The notes under the pieces were generated by a model. That model did not search any database. It saw nothing but the letters and a program-made list of their open reading frames with translations, and had not been told where the DNA came from. Positions 7,168-16,796 of a stretch of DNA of 56,675 nucleotides are shown piece by piece; positions within the stretch are counted from its first letter, which is position 1, and each line of letters opens with the position of its first letter. This DNA is from a virus. Lineage: Duplodnaviria; Caudoviricetes. Both the position numbers and the translations under genes were made by a program. Location of the stretch: positions 1 through 56,675 of the IMG/VR virus record IMGVR_UViG_3300044953_000632; one strand, given 5' to 3'.

Positions 7168-7590
7168 TTACATCGCACAGTTCCAGGACTGCTCATGTTC
7201 AATTATTGGATCTATTAGTTTTAGATATCCATCTACAGGAATTTCAATTCTTACTCCCTTTGGGGACAGTACATGTCCATTCAAGTACCTCCAACCAGAT
7301 GGAAGCAATGCTGCAATTGCCATAGATGTGGTTCTGGTCTTCCAGCCGGCGTAAGAAATATACATTGTTTCATTGCAAGCATCAGGATCCCAATCTGCAC
7401 GCTCCCAATCCATCCAACTAACGTTGCATCTTTTGGCTATGACATTTTTATGTAACCTAGCCTGTATCTCCATTTTATTGTTGATAGACTCTATTTTTAC
7501 ACTTCTGTTGTCTTTATTGGAGCTGTATTCATGTCCGCTCCAGAAACATTTTTGTAACTTTACATTTCTTAATGAATATCTGTGGTTCAT
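7168..7590 (-). CDS. Hypothetical protein
   Basis: 140-aa ORF; contains AGWKTRTT. Confidence 0.65.
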   Translation of the reverse strand: MNHRYSLRNVKLQKCFWSGHEYSSNKDNRSVKIESINNKMEIQARLHKNVIAKRCNVSWMDWERADWDPDACNETMYISYAGWKTRTTSMAIAALLPSGWRYLNGHVLSPKGVRIEIPVDGYLKLIDPIIEHEQSWNCAM

Positions 7591-7592
7591 GT

Positions 7593-7617
7593 AAAAACAG
7601 CCCAGTTTCCTGGGCTG
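7593..7617 (-). terminator. Intrinsic terminator downstream of the portal candidate
   Basis: CAGCCCAG/CTGGGCTG stem followed by T5 on the minus strand. Confidence 0.7.
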
Positions 7618-7640
7618 CTCCTTTTTAGATGTTAGTTTAT

Positions 7641-9473
7641 TTATTGAGGGGGTACTGGCTGTCTCAGCTGTTCCTTGCCTTGATTGGCAGCTTGCTGAGT
7701 TATTTGATCCAGCATTGATTTTACTACTGCGTGCAGATTTGGATCCTGTGCCTTGATTTGATCCAGGATTTGTCGTCTTTGCGGCGATCCAAGCGGTGCC
7801 GTTGCCATGATTTCGTTCACTCTAGCTTGCGCATCTGCAAAGAAGCTGTCCAAATCTTTGCTCGGCCCTGCCGACATCGGTCCTGCAACTCCATTTGGAG
7901 GCATTGATGCAGCAGGAGGCATCCCTTCTGCGCCCATTGTCTGTCCGGGTGCGGCAATGTTTGCACCTGGAGGAGCAGCCATGATCTGCTCGTTCTCTTG
8001 AGCTTTTTGCATTCGATCCCGGTAGATCTTCTCTTCTCGCATTTTGAACTCTTGTTCGATCTGGCGCTTCTTGAAAGTCTCCTTCCAGTCCAGGCCGAAA
8101 AGATTAAGCACATCTTGCTCTGCGGCAATGCCCTGCATCATCATCTGCAACATCAGCATTCTGCGCTCTATATCATCCGCATGGGTAGGACGCGTAAGGA
8201 CCGCCTCGCATGGGATCCAGTTCAATATTGCGCTTATTCTGTCCACTATCCAAGACAACGTGAATTGCAGTCCATGTAGGAAGTGCGCCTCTCCGGCCTC
8301 AAATAGTCTTGCTGCAAATGGAGCAGTCTGAACGCTTAGATTTTTTCTGTATAGCTCTACTGGAACACCTATTCCATTTAGGAAGTCGGATTGCGCTTGC
8401 TCCAACAGCTGAGGCACCACAAACTGTTTGCCTTCTCCTCCAAGCAGTTGGTAGTTGACAGGTATCGGCATCCACTGCCATCCAGTTGGATCTTTTCTAG
8501 CCCTTTCCACTGAGCGCATGACCTGCTGTCCGAACGACCCTATGTTGATGGATTTCATGAAGTCGCCGCCTGCGCCTATCGATGCAGGGGTCACCATTCT
8601 AATGGGCAGCATGTGATCCATGGCTATCGTTTCATTGTTTCTCTTCAGTATTTGAGCGAGATAAGCATCCCTGAATCCAGCTATTACCGGAGGAAGACCC
8701 CATTCTCCAAGACGTATGTCGCTCAGGTTGCCTATAGAGAAGTGATGTATCATGTTTTCGCCGAATTGAAATAAGGTCCCAGATCTTACAGATTGCACTA
8801 TGCCCCAAGGCACGCTTTCCAAGAAGGATTTGTTGGCAGCCTGGATCTGCTGTACGTCAGACGTAGGTATCTCGTAGTAGTATTGGGGTTTTCCTCCATA
8901 CTGATGGCCGACTATTCGTATGTTTTTTATGTTCCATCGTTTAACGTATATTTCGTTTTCCTGCAAAGTAGGTCTGTCATCAGGATTCTTAATCTGACAG
9001 TGTTTGTTGCAGTGATTGCACTGATAACTAAAGCCTTGGTTTAAAGTAAATTTATAGTCAATGGACTGAATGGGTTTGCTAGAACTGCAGTTTGAACAAG
9101 TTAAAAATCTTTTAAATGGGGCCAAAACAGATATACAGCTATTGCCGTAAACCTTTACATCTCTGCCGATCATAAACATTAAAGATTTGATGTCCAGCTT
9201 TTCCACAAGAAACCTTTTATATTCATGGCTCTTGTCTTCGTCCTTTGCAAGGATGTTAATATCACATCCAGTGAAGTAAGACACTACATACTCTATGGCT
9301 TGAGCAAATGTACGATTGCTATAGTACATCAATTCGGCAATTTCAAATGCCTCATTAAGATTTGTAGGCATATACAGCGATGCATAGTCCAGGAATGGAC
9401 TAGGCACGTTGTCAGCGTGGGCAAGAGTCCTGCGTTGAGGCGCAAAATTACCGCTTGATGGAAACCCTGTCAT
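7641..9473 (-). CDS. Probable portal protein with zinc-ribbon insertion
   Basis: 610 aa. Portal-like order of elements (DVKVYGNSCI; IHHF...WGLPPV; GIGVPVEL) and a Gln/Pro-rich C-terminus; CSNC...CNHC insertion. Identity is inferred. Confidence 0.6.
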   Translation of the reverse strand: MTGFPSSGNFAPQRRTLAHADNVPSPFLDYASLYMPTNLNEAFEIAELMYYSNRTFAQAIEYVVSYFTGCDINILAKDEDKSHEYKRFLVEKLDIKSLMFMIGRDVKVYGNSCISVLAPFKRFLTCSNCSSSKPIQSIDYKFTLNQGFSYQCNHCNKHCQIKNPDDRPTLQENEIYVKRWNIKNIRIVGHQYGGKPQYYYEIPTSDVQQIQAANKSFLESVPWGIVQSVRSGTLFQFGENMIHHFSIGNLSDIRLGEWGLPPVIAGFRDAYLAQILKRNNETIAMDHMLPIRMVTPASIGAGGDFMKSINIGSFGQQVMRSVERARKDPTGWQWMPIPVNYQLLGGEGKQFVVPQLLEQAQSDFLNGIGVPVELYRKNLSVQTAPFAARLFEAGEAHFLHGLQFTLSWIVDRISAILNWIPCEAVLTRPTHADDIERRMLMLQMMMQGIAAEQDVLNLFGLDWKETFKKRQIEQEFKMREEKIYRDRMQKAQENEQIMAAPPGANIAAPGQTMGAEGMPPAASMPPNGVAGPMSAGPSKDLDSFFADAQARVNEIMATAPLGSPQRRQILDQIKAQDPNLHAVVKSMLDQITQQAANQGKEQLRQPVPPQ

Positions 9474-9811
9474 TAAATGTTATCCCCATTGTCCATCACC
9501 TTGGACAAAATACTTCTGGCAAATTCATTGCCGGCAAGCACTGCCCAATCATATGCAGTCAGCTCGTCGTTATCCTTATCATTCGGATTGATCATCGGAT
9601 TAGCAATGACATAAAGCGAGATCAAGTAGTTCATTATGTGAGGCTGACTGTAGTATGCAGCCATCATGAGCAGGTTGTGTCCGCGCTTGTTTCTCATTAC
9701 AATCAACTTTGGAAATTTGTCTAACAAAGCGTTCATAAGCACCAAGTCGCTGTTGATGGTAGCGCTTATCATTAGAGGAATGGCCTCTTGAATGTTATTG
9801 ACTATTTTCAT
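9473..9811 (-). CDS. Ankyrin-repeat protein
   Basis: NKRGHNLLMMAA and DNDELTAYDWAVLAGN ankyrin-like motifs. Confidence 0.7.
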   Translation of the reverse strand: MKIVNNIQEAIPLMISATINSDLVLMNALLDKFPKLIVMRNKRGHNLLMMAAYYSQPHIMNYLISLYVIANPMINPNDKDNDELTAYDWAVLAGNEFARSILSKVMDNGDNI

Positions 9812-9971
9812 TCTTAGCCTCCTTTTGACTATTGTTGTTTTTGCAGTTGCACTTACACCTAGAATCGCACAATTTTACTTTATCTAGAACTTCATCGGAC
9901 GCCGTTTTGATAACGTTAGTATCAGATTCGTTCTCAATAACTCCCTTTTTTACAAATTCATCATTAATCAT
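9795..9971 (-). CDS. Unannotated 58-aa protein (MINDEFVKKGV...IKTAS...CDSRCKCNC)
   Basis: Hand-translated ORF filling the gap and overlapping the ankyrin start; Cys cluster. Confidence 0.55.
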   Translation of the reverse strand: MINDEFVKKGVIENESDTNVIKTASDEVLDKVKLCDSRCKCNCKNNNSQKEAKNENSQ

Positions 9972-10044
9972 TTTTAAACATTCTTTTAGGATTTATGTAA
10001 GTTTATCCAAAATTTAAACTAGAAATTTTTGGCATTAAATTCTG

Positions 10045-10731
10045 TTAATTTAGCACCCTCAGTACTAATACATACTTCATAGTTTTTAAATCTAACAATT
10101 CTATATTTAGTACTTGACACTTTAGTGTTTGTTTATCGACGGTACAGTAGAATTCTGGTATGGATATTCTACCATTTTCTCCCAGTTGTGCTACAGGGGG
10201 CCGCCAAATAGGCTTTAATGTCTCTTTGTCCAAAGAAATTTCCAACATTAACCATTCTTGTCCACCTCTATTAACATCCGCTCTATGGTATACGGCATTC
10301 AAACATTGAATTAAAAGCTTGGCTCCGTACCAGTCTATCTCAACTGACTTTGTTGTAATGGTTTGATTGGTAAAAGAAAGTACAGTAGGAAGGGCGTTTT
10401 CCCTTACTGCACCTTCTTTACTTTGCATTGGTTTTACGTTTAAATCTATTTTAGCATTTAGATCAAGTCCTGCCTGCATGAGATTTATTTTTTCAAATTC
10501 CTCTCTTTGTATAACTCCTCCATTTACCAATTTTGGAAATTCTCCAAGCGGCTTATGAAATGTTCGAGCTTCTGCAGCCGGAGGCACTGGTATGCCTGCA
10601 ACTGCTGCCCATCCAAAGGAGTTATCTGTAACTTTTACAGGATCTTGCTTTTTAGCACCTGGGCCAACGCCAACCTTCATTCCCAGAGGAGAATTGGTGC
10701 TTGCTTTAGTAGATTTACTCGATTTGCTCAT
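10045..10731 (-). CDS. Hypothetical protein
   Basis: 228-aa ORF in the operon. Confidence 0.7.
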   Translation of the reverse strand: MSKSSKSTKASTNSPLGMKVGVGPGAKKQDPVKVTDNSFGWAAVAGIPVPPAAEARTFHKPLGEFPKLVNGGVIQREEFEKINLMQAGLDLNAKIDLNVKPMQSKEGAVRENALPTVLSFTNQTITTKSVEIDWYGAKLLIQCLNAVYHRADVNRGGQEWLMLEISLDKETLKPIWRPPVAQLGENGRISIPEFYCTVDKQTLKCQVLNIELLDLKTMKYVLVLRVLN

Positions 10732-10761
10732 AAATCAATCCATTATTAGCTAGAGGTACCC

Positions 10762-12525
10762 TTAAACACCATTAGAGCTATAGGGGTGTTGATAGACTTC
10801 CGATAACTCTTCGTCATCTTGAGCACTACTCCTCCTCAGGATATGGTCCAACTCTTCAAATTCTTTATTTATTGTTATTGAAGATAAAGCAAGATTGTTG
10901 GCCTTGTTTATATGAAATATAACTCCTTGTTTGGCAAGGAGCTCTGAGACTTTTTCGTGCGCAGCTTCCATCGGCATACAGCATACGACATTATTGCTCA
11001 GTTTCAAGTTTATCTTTGTGCGGTCGGCTTTTAAAACATCAGACGACGTTCCAATAGGGCCCAGAAAGTGCTCAATATGCGCTATATTCATCAAGCCCGT
11101 ACTGTAGCAAAGCAATAAGGTAATGTCTGGACGTCTTGTCGTAAACATACCATTTGGATCAACGGAATAATACAAAATTTTTGTATTATTACAGAATTTG
11201 CTTGCAATTGGTACAAACTTTTGGAATACGCCACAGCTATCAAACGTAGGCATTACTCCCAATGCCAAACATGCTTTCACCGGGAACATCTCGGGGCTAA
11301 GTCGTCGTGAAGAGTATCTGCTGTTTGGCCACTCGAGACTGTTGACCGCTGAGACGTATTGCCCGTACTCGCTAGTGTTAGCCAAGATAATTCTTTGCAG
11401 ATTGTTAAAAAAGAATTCCAAGCCTTTTCTGCACAGTTCCAGCAAGCGAATATTGGCGAACACAGGCAGATCGCAATACAGTTTTTCCATGTTGCTGGAT
11501 CTTCTGCTACTCCCCATCAGCGAAGCTAGCGTATGGTGCTGGAGAGAGATAGGCGACTCCTGGGATTCAAACCAGTGGTGGTCAAGGGTATATGGCCACT
11601 TGGAGTGCTTATTGGGTTTTCGCCACTTGGTCGCGCACGTTTCATCGAGGGCCTTGTCGGTTCTTTCTAAGTAAATAGAGATCCTCGGGACCACATTGTT
11701 CCATCTTATGCTGCAAATCTGATTGTTTATTTCCGTTTCCGATTTGCAGCATTCGATGAATTTTGCATATATAGAGGTTGTGCTATTTTCTTTGTTTTGC
11801 ATGAACTGCTCTAGAGGGTAGTTACAACTGCACAAGGCTTCCAGCAAGCCTTTACTCTCGGGCAGCTTTATGTAGCCCATGGCGAATGCCTTAACCACGT
11901 CCTCAGCCTTGCACTTGAAGCCTCTAGACGAGCTACCAGGGTAAAATATCTTGGAGTTCATAGGAGTCGCCTTGAGCATTTTGAGACACTGAGCACTCAA
12001 CTTAATTTGATTCTTTTTGAAGTCCTCATTTGTTTTCACCATTTTAACTTGTCTTGGCGGACAGTGCATACCTGGTTCGGCATCTGCCAAATTGTCTATG
12101 GTTTCCCCATCACCATAATTCAACATTGACGAGGCAGATTTAGCTATGCGGCAGAAATAGAATCCGTAGATTCCGCCGCCTTGACTCCAACCAATGTGCA
12201 AAGGTACATAAAGCATCTCGCCCACCATGAAGGCAGCTGGCGGCTGAGACTTTTGATTGATGTTAGTATCCAAATATGCAGTTGAGCCATTTAAACAGCA
12301 CTCAAAGTAGTCCGGAGGCAGATCGAACAGCATTTTGGAGTTTGTAAATTTTTTAAGAAAAGATTGAATGTCTATGAAGTTTTTTTGTAAAGATACGAAG
12401 TATTTCATGTTTTTGCTCCAATAGGGGGGTGCACTAACTTCACATGCACCCCCTCTTGTTATTTTTAATTGTTTATTCTGATTGTTTTGCCGTATGGGGC
12501 TACGACGTCTGAATTCATTACCCAC
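10762..12525 (-). CDS. Large hypothetical protein (start may be ~12408, MKYFV)
   Basis: 587-aa ORF; no motif recognised. Confidence 0.7.
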   Translation of the reverse strand: MGNEFRRRSPIRQNNQNKQLKITRGGACEVSAPPYWSKNMKYFVSLQKNFIDIQSFLKKFTNSKMLFDLPPDYFECCLNGSTAYLDTNINQKSQPPAAFMVGEMLYVPLHIGWSQGGGIYGFYFCRIAKSASSMLNYGDGETIDNLADAEPGMHCPPRQVKMVKTNEDFKKNQIKLSAQCLKMLKATPMNSKIFYPGSSSRGFKCKAEDVVKAFAMGYIKLPESKGLLEALCSCNYPLEQFMQNKENSTTSIYAKFIECCKSETEINNQICSIRWNNVVPRISIYLERTDKALDETCATKWRKPNKHSKWPYTLDHHWFESQESPISLQHHTLASLMGSSRRSSNMEKLYCDLPVFANIRLLELCRKGLEFFFNNLQRIILANTSEYGQYVSAVNSLEWPNSRYSSRRLSPEMFPVKACLALGVMPTFDSCGVFQKFVPIASKFCNNTKILYYSVDPNGMFTTRRPDITLLLCYSTGLMNIAHIEHFLGPIGTSSDVLKADRTKINLKLSNNVVCCMPMEAAHEKVSELLAKQGVIFHINKANNLALSSITINKEFEELDHILRRSSAQDDEELSEVYQHPYSSNGV

Positions 12526-13718
12526 AGTACGTCGAATTTTGGGTCATCGCCAAAATCGCCGTATCCGTCGGTAAAGTAAACAAGCACGTCTACATCGGGC
12601 TTGTTTTCTTTCAAATGGTCCATGACCGGAACAAATGAAGTTCCTCCGCCGCCAATAAGCGACGGAATGGGCTCATCGTGTCGGACCCATTTTGCTCTGT
12701 TAACATTGTAATCAGCTTCCATCAAATAAACAGGCACTTTATACAGCTTTCTAATGGCATCCATTTCCGACACCCCCTTCGTTATGTCACTTCGCGACAT
12801 TGATCCAGAGGTGTCTATGGAGAACGCAATGCTGGGTTTTTTAGCCCCTGTTCTGCTTGTAAGAATTATGTCTTGATACAAATACCTTCGATTAGGCGGA
12901 GTGAATGTATACCTGTTTTTGCTATTCATGCAAAACTTTTGCCTGAGGTAGTATGCCAGGACGTTGTACCAGGCCACTTCAGGATTTATCAATTTATCTA
13001 TTTGACGCTCCATGAACTTTGGACAATTGCCCGCCATTCTACTCCTAGTGGCTGCCTCTAAGCCAGCCTCAGCCCATTCCTTGCCGTCTTTCGGAGTGTC
13101 CTCGGACTTATCCCTTATGTTGTCTCCTTTAGGCTCTTCTCCTGGCTCGAAATCGACGATGTCGTTGCTGTCATTTAGACCTGAACTTTTGTTTTTACTA
13201 TTGCTTTTTTGACTCTTATTTACCTTGTCTACATAGGTTGCCGCCTCTGCAGCCAACTTGTCGTACACCTGCTCGGTGGTCACAGAGTTATGGTCTATAT
13301 CTAGATTTATGGATGTGCAAGTAACGTATTTAGATATGTATTCATTAGAAATGTTGTTTTCATTGAAATGATCTTTAAGCATTTCGTTGATTAATACATC
13401 GCCAGCGATGTTCCACATGTGGAGATCTCTTGCTCCACGTCTGTTGTGGTGGTCTAGTAGCAAGTGCATAACCTCGTGGGCAAGGACAAAATGAATGTGG
13501 TTATCGCACAGAGAATCGAAAAACGACTTGCTAAAATAGATGTTGCCGTGTTTGTCGATGCAGGCTGTAGAAACCTTATCGGTATCTGCAATCAGCTTAA
13601 TATTGCACTTTTCAATCAGAAACGCCCAAAACGGAAAGTCTTGGAACATCCTGAACATACATTTGTTCATTTTCTTTCTGGCAGCCTGCATATCAGTAGG
13701 ATTTATTTCACTCATCAT
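12465..13718 (-). CDS. Metallopeptidase (HExxH) plus VWA domain protein, DUF2201-like
   Basis: LAHEVMH; MIDAS motif IDTSGSM, GGGT and FTDG. Confidence 0.85.
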   Translation of the reverse strand: MMSEINPTDMQAARKKMNKCMFRMFQDFPFWAFLIEKCNIKLIADTDKVSTACIDKHGNIYFSKSFFDSLCDNHIHFVLAHEVMHLLLDHHNRRGARDLHMWNIAGDVLINEMLKDHFNENNISNEYISKYVTCTSINLDIDHNSVTTEQVYDKLAAEAATYVDKVNKSQKSNSKNKSSGLNDSNDIVDFEPGEEPKGDNIRDKSEDTPKDGKEWAEAGLEAATRSRMAGNCPKFMERQIDKLINPEVAWYNVLAYYLRQKFCMNSKNRYTFTPPNRRYLYQDIILTSRTGAKKPSIAFSIDTSGSMSRSDITKGVSEMDAIRKLYKVPVYLMEADYNVNRAKWVRHDEPIPSLIGGGGTSFVPVMDHLKENKPDVDVLVYFTDGYGDFGDDPKFDVLWVMNSDVVAPYGKTIRINN

Positions 13719-14740
13719 TGCACCTCAAATGGAACGAGCAGAGCTCGATGCTTGGACAGCCAATCCTTGGTGTTGGCGGACTTCATTACGTTCGTCAGAA
13801 ACTTGTCGCTTTTTTGGCTTAGCAGGCCGCCAAAATAAAGCGAACTGATCTCGGGGCGAATTGAAAGCATGATTGCTGCACCCTTGTCAATTAGCCCAGG
13901 ACTTTTGATAGCACGGAACAGGACGTTGCTGACAATCCCGTAGGTTATGGATAGCTTGTTAGGGCCGTCCTGATAGGTGGCCTTGCCTTCGAGCAAAGCA
14001 TCGATATCCGGCATTACCTTAATCTCGTTGCAGTACTGCAGGAACCAGTTCGCTGCAGCTTTGCCAATAGCGCCCTCGATCGCTTCACGTTCGACGATAT
14101 GGCTTTTTAGCAAACGGGACACCATTGTCCAACCACGAGGAGTAGGGAAATTACCATACTCGTCAGTGGGATCGGAGTATAGGTGCTGGCCGCTGGTGCT
14201 GCTCATGAAGCCGAGCACGTTTTCATGAATGTCATTGCTAATCGCCCAGTTGCGCCACTGGTTAAAATCCGGCTCCATCTCTATGATCACGAAGCGATTA
14301 CGGAGAGGAGCGCTCAGAGGATTGACGTGAGCCTTGTGGCTGGACTTGTTGCCGCAGGCGACGATCCACCAGCCATCTCCCAGCCTATGCGGACCACAGC
14401 GGCGATCCAGAATAAACTGTAAGGCAGCATTTTGAACGCTGGGATCGGCGGTGTTCAGCTCGTCAAAAAGGATGATGCCCCTGCCGTCACGGGGCAGGAA
14501 GTCGGGCTTGGCCCACTCGACGTTGAATTGAGAGCCGTCACCACTCCTGTTCACAACCGGCATGCCGCGCATGTCAACAGGCTCCAGCATGGAAAGACGA
14601 ACATCCTTGACCTCGTCACCATCGGCCGCTTGTTTACAGATTTCGGACTTGCCGATACCGGGACCGCCAAAGATTAGCAGGGGAACATTCGCATTACGGT
14701 ACTGCTTGAGTTTCTCTACGTAGTTGATCGATGTTGTCAT
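13715..14740 (-). CDS. MoxR/dynein-related AAA+ ATPase
   Basis: Walker A GGPGIGKS, Walker B LFDELN, LRNRF and PTPRGW; adjacent to the VWA gene. Confidence 0.85.
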   Translation of the reverse strand: MTTSINYVEKLKQYRNANVPLLIFGGPGIGKSEICKQAADGDEVKDVRLSMLEPVDMRGMPVVNRSGDGSQFNVEWAKPDFLPRDGRGIILFDELNTADPSVQNAALQFILDRRCGPHRLGDGWWIVACGNKSSHKAHVNPLSAPLRNRFVIIEMEPDFNQWRNWAISNDIHENVLGFMSSTSGQHLYSDPTDEYGNFPTPRGWTMVSRLLKSHIVEREAIEGAIGKAAANWFLQYCNEIKVMPDIDALLEGKATYQDGPNKLSITYGIVSNVLFRAIKSPGLIDKGAAIMLSIRPEISSLYFGGLLSQKSDKFLTNVMKSANTKDWLSKHRALLVPFEVQ

Positions 14741-14768
14741 TTGTTTTTTTATTCCTTTTACCGTGGGG

Positions 14769-15221
14769 TTAAACTGCGGAGTTGTCGTTTACATCGTTGG
14801 AAGATTCAGATTCTTTGATTATCGATATCATTTGCTCACAGCTCTCTAGAAAATCCGAGCATTCTTTTGTGTATCCTATTGCGTTTGCAGGAGATCTGTT
14901 AGTAACGCTGCTGAGCGCAGTGCCGATGTTCACCATCTTCTTGTCGTCTTCTTCTAAGCTTTCCCAATTTTTATAGTTTGAGTGCTGCGAAATGAAAAGC
15001 TCCTTGCAAAAACTGGTGCCAAATATGCCCATTCCAAAGAAGTCAACGATTTTGTCTACTTGCTCTAGCGTCAGTCCTTCGGTGTAGCTTTTGTCTTGGT
15101 TTTCAATTATTTTTTTGCAAAAGTCTTCCGAAGCTCCCATCAACTTGCAAATCTCATAGATATCCAATGTGTTTGATTTGTACAGGCAACGTATGACGTG
15201 GGTGATGTAGGTGTTTACCAT
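14769..15221 (-). CDS. Hypothetical protein, possible N-terminal HTH
   Basis: 150 aa; IYEICKLMGASEDFCKKI has an HTH-like pattern. Confidence 0.6.
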   Translation of the reverse strand: MVNTYITHVIRCLYKSNTLDIYEICKLMGASEDFCKKIIENQDKSYTEGLTLEQVDKIVDFFGMGIFGTSFCKELFISQHSNYKNWESLEEDDKKMVNIGTALSSVTNRSPANAIGYTKECSDFLESCEQMISIIKESESSNDVNDNSAV

Positions 15222-15271
15222 TTTTTAAATGCTAAAAGTTTGGAAGTAAGTGGTGTAGAACAACACTCCAG

Positions 15272-15305
15272 AGGGGGTCCCAGAATTAATTTTCTGGGAC
15301 CCCCT
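15272..15305. terminator. Strong hairpin, probable terminator or processing site
   Basis: 14-bp perfect stem AGGGGGTCCCAGAA/TTCTGGGACCCCCT just after the 368-aa gene; no clear T-tract. Confidence 0.55.
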
Positions 15306-15325
15306 GTATGGAGATAGGGTTGAAG

Positions 15326-16432
15326 TTAGCCTTGAACATTTTGCTCTTGCAGTTCGCATTCAGCCTGTTCGACAGGGGGAGGAAGCTGAGGCGCGATCTT
15401 GATTTCGATGATCGTGTCCTGAACTTCCTCTGTCCCTCTATTCAGGCTTTGAGAGCCGATCTCATAGCCCATTTCCCTTGCCGGGATGAAGCTACGAGAG
15501 CTGGTTAAAGTGCTTTCCACTCTCTTTGCGGTTACGTAGCTGTCCTCGATGTTAGGAATCTGATATGGGGATTCGTCGTCGGCGAACCACCACGGTATGT
15601 AGTTGCAGAACTTGCTTAAGTCTTTGGACTTGAGCCATTTCTTTGCAACATTCATGGAGATTCCCAACATCTCCAGAGGCGCTTTGATAAGCATATCCAC
15701 GATCCTCAGACACTTGTTCAAGACGCCCTTTTTCTTGTAGACATCGTGGCACATAATCTCTGTACGACAGCCGGCCGCCAGATACATCTCCCATGGAGAC
15801 ATGCCGAACTCTGACTCGAGCAATTTCCTCATTTGGAAGTAGATCGGGCTTTTGGTAGAGCCTACGCCCGCGCACAGATGACGGAGCAATATCTCTAGTA
15901 TGCAGTGATTTTCCTGCATTTTGATTTTTGGAATCCAAATGAGAGGTTCGTTAACTAACATCGATGCCGATCTGTAGATTCGACACAACTGCTGGTTTCG
16001 AAGTGCCAGGGTTGCCAACGGAGGAGTTCCGGGAGCATACATTCTTATCGCCCCAGCTCCTGCAAAGTTGACCATGTGTGGCAGATCCTTCCAACAGACT
16101 GACTGGCCCTCAAAGAACCACTTGATCTGTTTGTCGCTCACGACAACCTTTTGCTCGGTCAGCCAATAGAAAGACAAGTGAGTTTCTTCACCTTCCTTCC
16201 AGTCCAGCCACTGCTTGGCTATCGGTGTCCATTCCCCATTTGCCTTCATGAGCACGAATGCCCGGGTAGTTTGATCGGTGCGTCCGATGTAGGAGCAGTT
16301 TCTCGTTCTACTGCTCTCCACATAGGCCGATCCCCACTCGTTAACATGACCAAACGCCACGGTCACCACAACAAATTTTGACTCCTGAGACTCAACGTCC
16401 TTGCTGGTCTTTTTTTGCATCCTATTCTCCAA
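15326..16432 (-). CDS. Hypothetical protein in a stand-alone transcription unit
   Basis: 368-aa ORF flanked by a promoter with leader hairpins and a downstream hairpin. Confidence 0.7.
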   Translation of the reverse strand: MENRMQKKTSKDVESQESKFVVVTVAFGHVNEWGSAYVESSRTRNCSYIGRTDQTTRAFVLMKANGEWTPIAKQWLDWKEGEETHLSFYWLTEQKVVVSDKQIKWFFEGQSVCWKDLPHMVNFAGAGAIRMYAPGTPPLATLALRNQQLCRIYRSASMLVNEPLIWIPKIKMQENHCILEILLRHLCAGVGSTKSPIYFQMRKLLESEFGMSPWEMYLAAGCRTEIMCHDVYKKKGVLNKCLRIVDMLIKAPLEMLGISMNVAKKWLKSKDLSKFCNYIPWWFADDESPYQIPNIEDSYVTAKRVESTLTSSRSFIPAREMGYEIGSQSLNRGTEEVQDTIIEIKIAPQLPPPVEQAECELQEQNVQG

Positions 16433-16517
16433 ATAAAACCGCCATCCAAAAGGATGGCGGACGTCCTAACCAACGAACTTTGCTGCAACCGGTTTGCAGC
16501 GAAATCGCTGGTAATTT

Positions 16518-16546
16518 ATTTTAACGCACTATATGCCCAAATTTAC
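16518..16546 (-). promoter_or_regulatory. Promoter GTAAAT-N17-TAAAAT, variant of the cassette promoter
   Basis: 17-bp spacing; followed by leader hairpins at 16439-16460 and 16482-16500. Confidence 0.5.
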
Positions 16547-16547
16547 A

Positions 16548-16796
16548 CTACTGATCCACCTCTAACTTTCTGATTTCACCAAGGTCTTCCAGCAGCAGCT
16601 TACCGCTATCGCTGACCTTGAGGCGGTATCTATACAACCATTTTCCAGAATTAGAGGCAGTACTTATTACGCATATTATTGCACTTTTTGATTTGCCGTA
16701 GAACGAAGGTTCAACCAGCATTACGACGCCTTTGTTGTCCTTTGGAAAAGACGTCTCGGATTCCATAGGATCCGTTTCATGAAAGTTTACCTTCAT
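16548..16796 (-). CDS. Hypothetical protein
   Basis: 82 aa with a coupled start/stop overlap. Confidence 0.65.
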   Translation of the reverse strand: MKVNFHETDPMESETSFPKDNKGVVMLVEPSFYGKSKSAIICVISTASNSGKWLYRYRLKVSDSGKLLLEDLGEIRKLEVDQ

